Assembly (NCBI GenBank): GCA_002429115.1
Contig: DIYS01000015.1
Coordinates: forward strand, 1-32,000
From: Saccharicrinis sp. UBA6048
GTDB taxonomy: Bacteria; Bacteroidota; Bacteroidia; Bacteroidales; Marinilabiliaceae
Reading direction: 5' to 3'
Length of the DNA: 32,000 nt
Shown here: piece by piece, positions 27,270-32,000 of the stretch
How the letters are laid out: each line of letters starts with the position of its first letter
Position numbering within the stretch: the first letter of the stretch is position 1
The notes under the pieces: model-generated
Database searches by the model: none
Seen by the model: only the letters and a program-made list of their open reading frames with translations
Told to the model about the DNA's origin: nothing
Translations under genes and position numbers: made by a program

Positions 27270-28034
27270 CTAAAATAAGGTCCTTAGCGAATGAAGAACC
27301 CGTTTTGTATATCTTCTTCGAAGCGTACTAAGGTATTTAACAAACAGGAGTTCATAAATGGTTTCATTCTCATCGACATGCATCAGAGAGGCATAATGGC
27401 GAGCCAATTCTGTCAGGTACATCGGATTTGAACTTATACTTTGCATATTTCGCAGACTATGATGATGGTTAATCCGTTTTTTAAATTGTATCCGATTTAA
27501 ATCAATCAACGAAAAGTCATAATTATTGTGGTCATGCTTATTGATGAGCACATTTGATCCATTGAAATCATTATGCTTTACTCCATTCATATGCAGTTGA
27601 TTCGACATAAATAAAACAAACTGCTTCAGGATCATTTGCTTTTCTTCCATGTCATTACCCAGCACATATGCCATGTCGAAATCAGCATTGTTATATAAGC
27701 AAATGTAATACGAGCGTTTAAGGATACCCCATTTACTGTATGTTTCAACGTATGCCACCGGATCAGGTGTATTAATTGACAAACGTTGCAGGCGTTGAGC
27801 ATACAAAAATGATCGTTCGGCTTTTGACTTTCGGAAAAATGAATAAATCAAACGATTAAAGGCAGTAATCTGATAAAATGATTTCACACAGATTTGGTGA
27901 TTTTGCACATTAAAGAGCTTTATTTTATTACGACAATCTTTAATCCAATGAGTGCCTGACTCAAAGTTTTGGTCAATATTATCAACAAAGTACTTTATTG
28001 ATTTGTACGGTTCAGCAATAAAAACTCTTTTCAT
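27270..28034 (-). CDS. Lipopolysaccharide kinase (Kdo/WaaP) family protein-kinase-like protein
   Basis: ICVKSF (Lys region), catalytic-loop-like GVKHNDFNGSNVLI (HxDxxxxN) and SLIDLNR (metal-binding Asp). Size and layout fit the PF06293-type kinases. A GT2 gene nearby is consistent with envelope glycan functions. Confidence 0.6.
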   Translation of the reverse strand: MKRVFIAEPYKSIKYFVDNIDQNFESGTHWIKDCRNKIKLFNVQNHQICVKSFYQITAFNRLIYSFFRKSKAERSFLYAQRLQRLSINTPDPVAYVETYSKWGILKRSYYICLYNNADFDMAYVLGNDMEEKQMILKQFVLFMSNQLHMNGVKHNDFNGSNVLINKHDHNNYDFSLIDLNRIQFKKRINHHHSLRNMQSISSNPMYLTELARHYASLMHVDENETIYELLFVKYLSTLRRRYTKRVLHSLRTLF

Positions 28035-28257
28035 ACCTTTCAGTTTGGCATCTGGTTAACAAACTTAACACATGGCATTAAAGAATGTCAAGTGTAATTT
28101 AACAAAACAAACTTAGGCTATACTGATGTTGTAAAGTTTTTTTTCTGTCTGAACATTAATTAATCCTGATTAAAATACTTTTTTTGGCACTTGAAAAACT
28201 AAAGAGGTGATACTTCATTTTAATGATTTCACTAACTTTGTACAAACTCTAAATAAT

Positions 28258-28560
28258 ATGTGGCCAGGATTTAAGAAGTACATTAAACCATTGCTTAAGA
28301 ACAAGTTCTTTCTTGCAACCATTGTATTTATTGTTTTTGTTGGCTTTTTCGATCAGAATAGCTTATTGGATCGCTATCAGCTGAGCAAACGAATTAGTCA
28401 ACTCGAAAAGCAAAAGGAGCATTACATTGAAGAGATTGAACAAAACAACCGAAAGATGAAAGAATTGCAGAGTAATTCTGAAAACCTTGAGAAGTTCGCT
28501 CGTGAAGAGTATTTAATGAAAAAGAAAGACGAGGTAATTTTTGTTGTTGAAGAAGAGTAA
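28258..28560 (+). CDS. FtsB/DivIC-family septum formation initiator-like protein
   Basis: The track ORF starts at GTG 28207; the in-frame ATG at 28258 (MWPGFKKYIKP) is more likely. One TM helix (FFLATIVFIVFVGFF), then a coiled coil and the family-typical ...EKFAREEYLMKKKDEVIFVV ending. Confidence 0.7.
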   Translation: MWPGFKKYIKPLLKNKFFLATIVFIVFVGFFDQNSLLDRYQLSKRISQLEKQKEHYIEEIEQNNRKMKELQSNSENLEKFAREEYLMKKKDEVIFVVEEE

Positions 28561-28591
28561 GGGATTTTAGATTTATGATGGATGATATATG

Positions 28592-28685
28592 ATGTTGATG
28601 AGAGTTTTGTGTTTAAGGTTCTGGGTTGAGAGTTTTGAGTTCCGGGTTGAGAGTTTGGGGTTTTGGGTTTGAAGTTTTGATTTAT
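28592..28685 (+). repeat. GT-rich degenerate tandem repeat, about 21-bp unit x3-4 (GGGTTGAGAGTTTTGAGTTCC / GGGTTGAGAGTTTGGGGTTTT / GGGTTTGAAGTTTTGATTTAT)
   Basis: Units start at 28623, 28644 and 28665, with a more diverged copy upstream (GTTGATGAGAGTTTTGTGTTT). The region is almost C-free. It lies between the FtsB-like stop and the next ATG (28695). Confidence 0.75.
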
Positions 28686-28694
28686 AAAGTACAA

Positions 28695-29018
28695 ATGAAT
28701 TTATACAAGTTTTTAAGTGCCATCTACTATGTAGGAATGGCCTTTGTTTTTTTAGGTGTTTTAATGCACATCAGTGATATTAACTATGGCGCATGGGTAT
28801 TTACTTCGGGTGCTGTAGTTATGGTTGGTATCAGATGCTATAACTGGATTGTAGGAAAACCAGAAAACAAACGGGTCTTTTCTATTTTACTATACAGTTC
28901 GTTAATGTTGCTGCCAGCTGCCTGGACCATGTTGACATATCGTCGCTATTGGGTCATATTTATTATTCTGACAGCTGTACTGGACACCTATGCCAGCTAT
29001 CGACGCATCAAAAAATAG
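28695..29018 (+). CDS. Small integral membrane protein (about 107 aa, 3-4 TM helices), unknown function
   Basis: The track ORF 28626..29018 starts inside the GT-rich repeat. The in-frame ATG at 28695 (MNLYKFLSAIYYVGMAFVFLGVLM...) is the more plausible start. Hydrophobic segments run throughout. Confidence 0.6.
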   Translation: MNLYKFLSAIYYVGMAFVFLGVLMHISDINYGAWVFTSGAVVMVGIRCYNWIVGKPENKRVFSILLYSSLMLLPAAWTMLTYRRYWVIFIILTAVLDTYASYRRIKK

Positions 29019-29043
29019 CTTTAGAAGCTAAACCAGTCAACGG

Positions 29044-30297
29044 TTATTTCTCTAGTTGCCGGTATAGTTCGAGCAGCTCACTATTCTCAAAAACATCAGG
29101 CGATTCTTCAGTCATCATTTCGTACAAACTTAATGAAGCATCAAATACGGGTGTTTTTTCAAGAAAATGGGCATGCGTATAGTTGAGATACTTCACAACT
29201 CTAAAAGCGCTAAAAACTTCATAAAAACGCTTTTTAAACACTTTCAATGAGCTGCAATTCGAATTAATGTTTTGTAATACTCTGAAGAAATCGGAATTAA
29301 CCAGGTAACTTCTCATTCTTCCACTCAACTGATGCACAAAATCATCGATTGCATCCTCAGTGATCTGATAAAGTTGATCTTTAATAGCCAGGAACTCCTT
29401 CAAATCAATAAAAGCCTGCAAATTGTAAGTCAAATACTCTTCGCCTGAATTGATGATTGTATTCACCGATGGTCCGGTTCCGAATGGAACACGATCAGAA
29501 ATACGTGATGATGGATATACGCAACAACTGTTTATTCTGGATACCTTCCCAAGCTGAATCGCCTTTTGAAGAAAATAGAAATCCTCACCAGCCTGCTTTC
29601 TTGGCATTCCTCCGGCTCTTACATAGGCATCGGCTGTAATTGCAAAACATGATCCAACCGTATGAATAGCTATATGAAATCCACTAAACAACAAAGCTTG
29701 CAGATAATATCGCAAATGTAATTCATATTGCGCGATGGCATCATAGGTATCATCATCAAAATCACCACCTATAGGATGCTCAAAATAGATGGTTGCCACA
29801 TCTGCCCCTTCTGTGTCAAATGCATCTTGTACTTCATTAAAATAGTTGTCCGATATACTTGAATCAGCATCCAACGAGCAGATAATACCCCTTGTATCCT
29901 GAACTTTCGCAAAACAATAGGCCGCATAATCCATTCCTGTTTTACGCGCATGACCAACGCCAGCGTGTTTTTTAGGAATATCATAATCTTCCAGAAGTGT
30001 CATTTGCAATTGAGGCTGATCGCTTATTAAGTCCAATTCAACCTGTCTTTTTAATGCATGCTGGCGTGCTTTATTTTCCTCCGTATCCTGATCGGAATAA
30101 TTAAAAACCAGAATTAACTCAAGAACTAAATTGGTATTGCGAATAGATTCATAGACGCTATTGATCGTTTTAAACAGATAATCTTCTTCCAAATATACCG
30201 GAATAACCATTTTGATATCGGAACGAACAGTCCTCCCGATTTTTATAGTGTGCTTATCAAAATACTTGGTAAAATGTTTGTCCATGACTCTTAACAT
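29044..30297 (-). CDS. Glycosyltransferase family 2 protein
   Basis: N-terminal VIPVYLEEDYLFKTINSVYES (GT-A fold start), DxD-type motif SLDADSSISDNYF, and a downstream GGMPRKQAGEDFYF block. The start could be M1 or M5. Confidence 0.75.
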   Translation of the reverse strand: MLRVMDKHFTKYFDKHTIKIGRTVRSDIKMVIPVYLEEDYLFKTINSVYESIRNTNLVLELILVFNYSDQDTEENKARQHALKRQVELDLISDQPQLQMTLLEDYDIPKKHAGVGHARKTGMDYAAYCFAKVQDTRGIICSLDADSSISDNYFNEVQDAFDTEGADVATIYFEHPIGGDFDDDTYDAIAQYELHLRYYLQALLFSGFHIAIHTVGSCFAITADAYVRAGGMPRKQAGEDFYFLQKAIQLGKVSRINSCCVYPSSRISDRVPFGTGPSVNTIINSGEEYLTYNLQAFIDLKEFLAIKDQLYQITEDAIDDFVHQLSGRMRSYLVNSDFFRVLQNINSNCSSLKVFKKRFYEVFSAFRVVKYLNYTHAHFLEKTPVFDASLSLYEMMTEESPDVFENSELLELYRQLEK

Positions 30298-30318
30298 CAG
30301 ATCATTTGTTTCAAAAGT

Positions 30319-30349
30319 AAAAAAGGCAGAAATCTTCCGACTTCTGCCC
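30319..30349 (-). terminator. Rho-independent terminator after the OmpH/Skp gene
   Basis: In minus sense: GGCAGAA-GTCGGAAGAT-TTCTGCC followed by TTTTTT. Confidence 0.7.
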
Positions 30350-30372
30350 TTTTCAAATATTTTAATTTCTTA

Positions 30373-30975
30373 CTACTTCGCTGCAGCGTGACGCGCATTT
30401 AACGCCTCTAATATTTCATGTGTAATATCTACACCTTCAGCTCCGTACAATACATTGTCTCCTAATGTATTACTCAAGATAACTTTATACGCTTTCTTCT
30501 GCGTGTATACATCCAGGTAATTCATTAATGTATCACGTAGCTGGGCATTTAGTTTGTTCTGCTCTGTTTGCAACTCACGAACTAATTTCTGCTCTAGTAA
30601 CTGTAGTTCCTGCTCTGCCTTCGCCAAACGTTGCTGCTCTTTTTGCGCACGTTCCATGCTAAGAAAGGCATTGTTTTGAACTTTACGTTGAAACTCTACA
30701 GCATCCTCCTGGAAAACCTTTGCTTTCTCGTTAAAATCAGCTCTTGAAGCTTCTTCTTTAGCAATTAATTGCTCATTAACTTCCTTAGCAAAAGAATAGT
30801 TTAATAAAAGCGAATCGGTATTGATATATGCTATTGGAAATAACTCACCTTCACTGACTGCACTGCCGGCAGCTTCGTTTGAATTATCAGATCCTTTTTG
30901 CGAAAAATGCAATACAAATAATATAATTACAGCAATTAATAAAACGCCATTCAACACTGTTGATAATTGTTTCAT
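30373..30975 (-). CDS. OmpH/Skp-family periplasmic chaperone
   Basis: Signal/TM segment VLNGVLLIAVIILFVL, then IAYINTDSLLLNYSFAKE... and a long Gln/Glu/Lys-rich coiled coil (FQRKVQNNAFLSMERAQKEQQRLAKAEQELQLLEQKL) typical of OmpH. Confidence 0.75.
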   Translation of the reverse strand: MKQLSTVLNGVLLIAVIILFVLHFSQKGSDNSNEAAGSAVSEGELFPIAYINTDSLLLNYSFAKEVNEQLIAKEEASRADFNEKAKVFQEDAVEFQRKVQNNAFLSMERAQKEQQRLAKAEQELQLLEQKLVRELQTEQNKLNAQLRDTLMNYLDVYTQKKAYKVILSNTLGDNVLYGAEGVDITHEILEALNARHAAAK

Positions 30976-31181
30976 ACTCTCCCTAGTGAAATTTAACCTT
31001 TATTTTTTATGGACAACAAATATAAGTGATTACCCTACATATAAAAATATTTGTCCATATTTTTTAGATGATTCAATAAGAATGTTTAAACAAAAAATCG
31101 ATTAAGCTTGTTAAGCCTAACCGCCTTGTATTATGACCTGAATTCAATGAAAAACCTAAACTCAGGTAAGAAATGTTTATT

Positions 31182-32000
31182 TTAAAAAATAGTCCGTGAA
31201 CGGCGTCTGTACTTTGAGCCTGACGAACCTGTCATACCTGGTGCACTGCATGGTATAGCTCCTCTTGATTTTTTCTTTTTAACTGATGTATTAAAGCGCC
31301 ATGTCAAAGTTAATTCATTGGCTCCATTACTATAGCCCGATAGTTCTGAAAGTGTCCAGTCATAACTATAACCCAAACGGGCATTCCCTAAGTTTATGCC
31401 AAGAATAAAAATAAGTCCGTCTTGATTTTCGAGCCCACCTCCGGATGCAAATGGTATTCCACGATACCACAACCCTAATTCCATCGGGTTTATATACCAA
31501 TAAGTACCAATATCAAGTTGACTAAAATGTGCTTGCATCCGGTAATTAAAGGCCAACGTTATACTTTGCTCATCACTTCGGCGCATTCTATCTTTATACC
31601 TATACTTATAACCACCGTAAACAGCTGTTCTAAAGTCATTAAATGACTCCATATCTGTGGCAGCAATATCATTCTTTACAATATTATGAAAGCCTACTCC
31701 AAACCAGAAATCATCACTATATATCATGGCAGAAGCCGCCGCATCAAACTGACTGTGATTAAACTCCTGATTGTCGACACTACCACTTGGAATACTTCCA
31801 CCTTCACTCCCCTGATCAGAAGGAAATATTGCATTTAACAAGTCCAGATTACGCTCTTTATACATAAATTCAATGCCCGGTCGCACATAGAGGCCACGCA
31901 TTACTTCAATTTCGTAAGCGTATAAAAGACTAATATCCTGACGAACCAATAAACCATTACCAGCATCATCACGCATGATCAGAAGACCTAAACCACTGCT
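31182..32000 (-). CDS. Type IX secretion system membrane protein, PorP/SprF family (partial; N-terminus beyond the right edge)
   Basis: The frame stays open from the listed Met (31976) to the window edge (…SSGLGLLIMRDDAGNGLL). ...GNGLLVRQDISLLYAYEI..., ...GLWYRG... and the terminal ...NELTLTWRF are PorP/SprF-like beta-barrel blocks. Confidence 0.7.
   Translation of the reverse strand, partial: SSGLGLLIMRDDAGNGLLVRQDISLLYAYEIEVMRGLYVRPGIEFMYKERNLDLLNAIFPSDQGSEGGSIPSGSVDNQEFNHSQFDAAASAMIYSDDFWFGVGFHNIVKNDIAATDMESFNDFRTAVYGGYKYRYKDRMRRSDEQSITLAFNYRMQAHFSQLDIGTYWYINPMELGLWYRGIPFASGGGLENQDGLIFILGINLGNARLGYSYDWTLSELSGYSNGANELTLTWRFNTSVKKKKSRGAIPCSAPGMTGSSGSKYRRRSRTIF

Noticed and set aside
28623-28667. 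Potential G-quadruplex from four G-runs
   Set aside because: The loops are about 18 and 10 nt and only one run has four Gs. This is too weak to claim without biophysical or computational scoring.
28422-28694. 90-aa minus-strand ORF with repetitive PKTPNSQPGTQNSQPRT sequence
   Set aside because: It is simply the translation of the GT-rich tandem repeat. It also overlaps the 3' end of the FtsB-like gene in antisense. There is no independent coding evidence.
31182-31280. Basic, Ser/Gly-rich C-terminal tail (KKKKSRGAIPCSAPGMTGSSGSKYRRRSRTIF) after the last beta-strand of the PorP/SprF protein
   Set aside because: Without an alignment I cannot judge whether this extension is unusual for the family. 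It may be normal variation.

Overview
This window looks like a chromosomal segment of a Bacteroidota-type genome. It carries T9SS genes, many lipoprotein and outer-membrane-protein (OMP) signal peptides, and is AT-rich by eye. Most of it is ordinary, densely packed housekeeping DNA. Left to right: a partial fused E1 alpha/beta 2-oxoacid dehydrogenase gene, which runs off the left edge and is absent from the ORF track; two tandem PAS-LuxR regulator paralogs; an OMP-like beta-barrel gene; an alpha/beta hydrolase; a small single-pass membrane protein convergent with apbE; a minus-strand block of TPR/LuxR-HTH regulator, GH63-like hydrolase and GH2 beta-galactosidase; the complete nqrABCDEF Na+-NQR operon (minus strand); a DUF5103-like T9SS plug gene; then pruA, an LPS-kinase-family gene, an FtsB-like gene, a small membrane protein, a GT2 glycosyltransferase, an OmpH/Skp chaperone and a partial PorP/SprF gene at the right edge. 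The unusual part is a roughly 3.1 kb island (22406-25518) holding two uncharacterised proteins of 428 and 244 aa, separated by long non-coding gaps. The 305-bp gap between them holds five direct repeats at an exact 42-bp period plus a sixth offset copy. Each repeat carries a TAACT-N4-AGTTA palindrome, and related copies sit at the promoter of the 428-aa gene. The layout resembles an iteron or centromere (sopC-like) array, but no recognisable Rep, Par or integrase gene is present. Other observations: a 19-20 nt palindromic hairpin family present twice, whose variant copy stays fully paired only in the minus-sense RNA; a 3x7-bp repeat hairpin in the unusually long nqrA-nqrB spacer; and GT-rich degenerate tandem repeats. 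I saw no tRNA, rRNA, CRISPR array, transposase or integrase.
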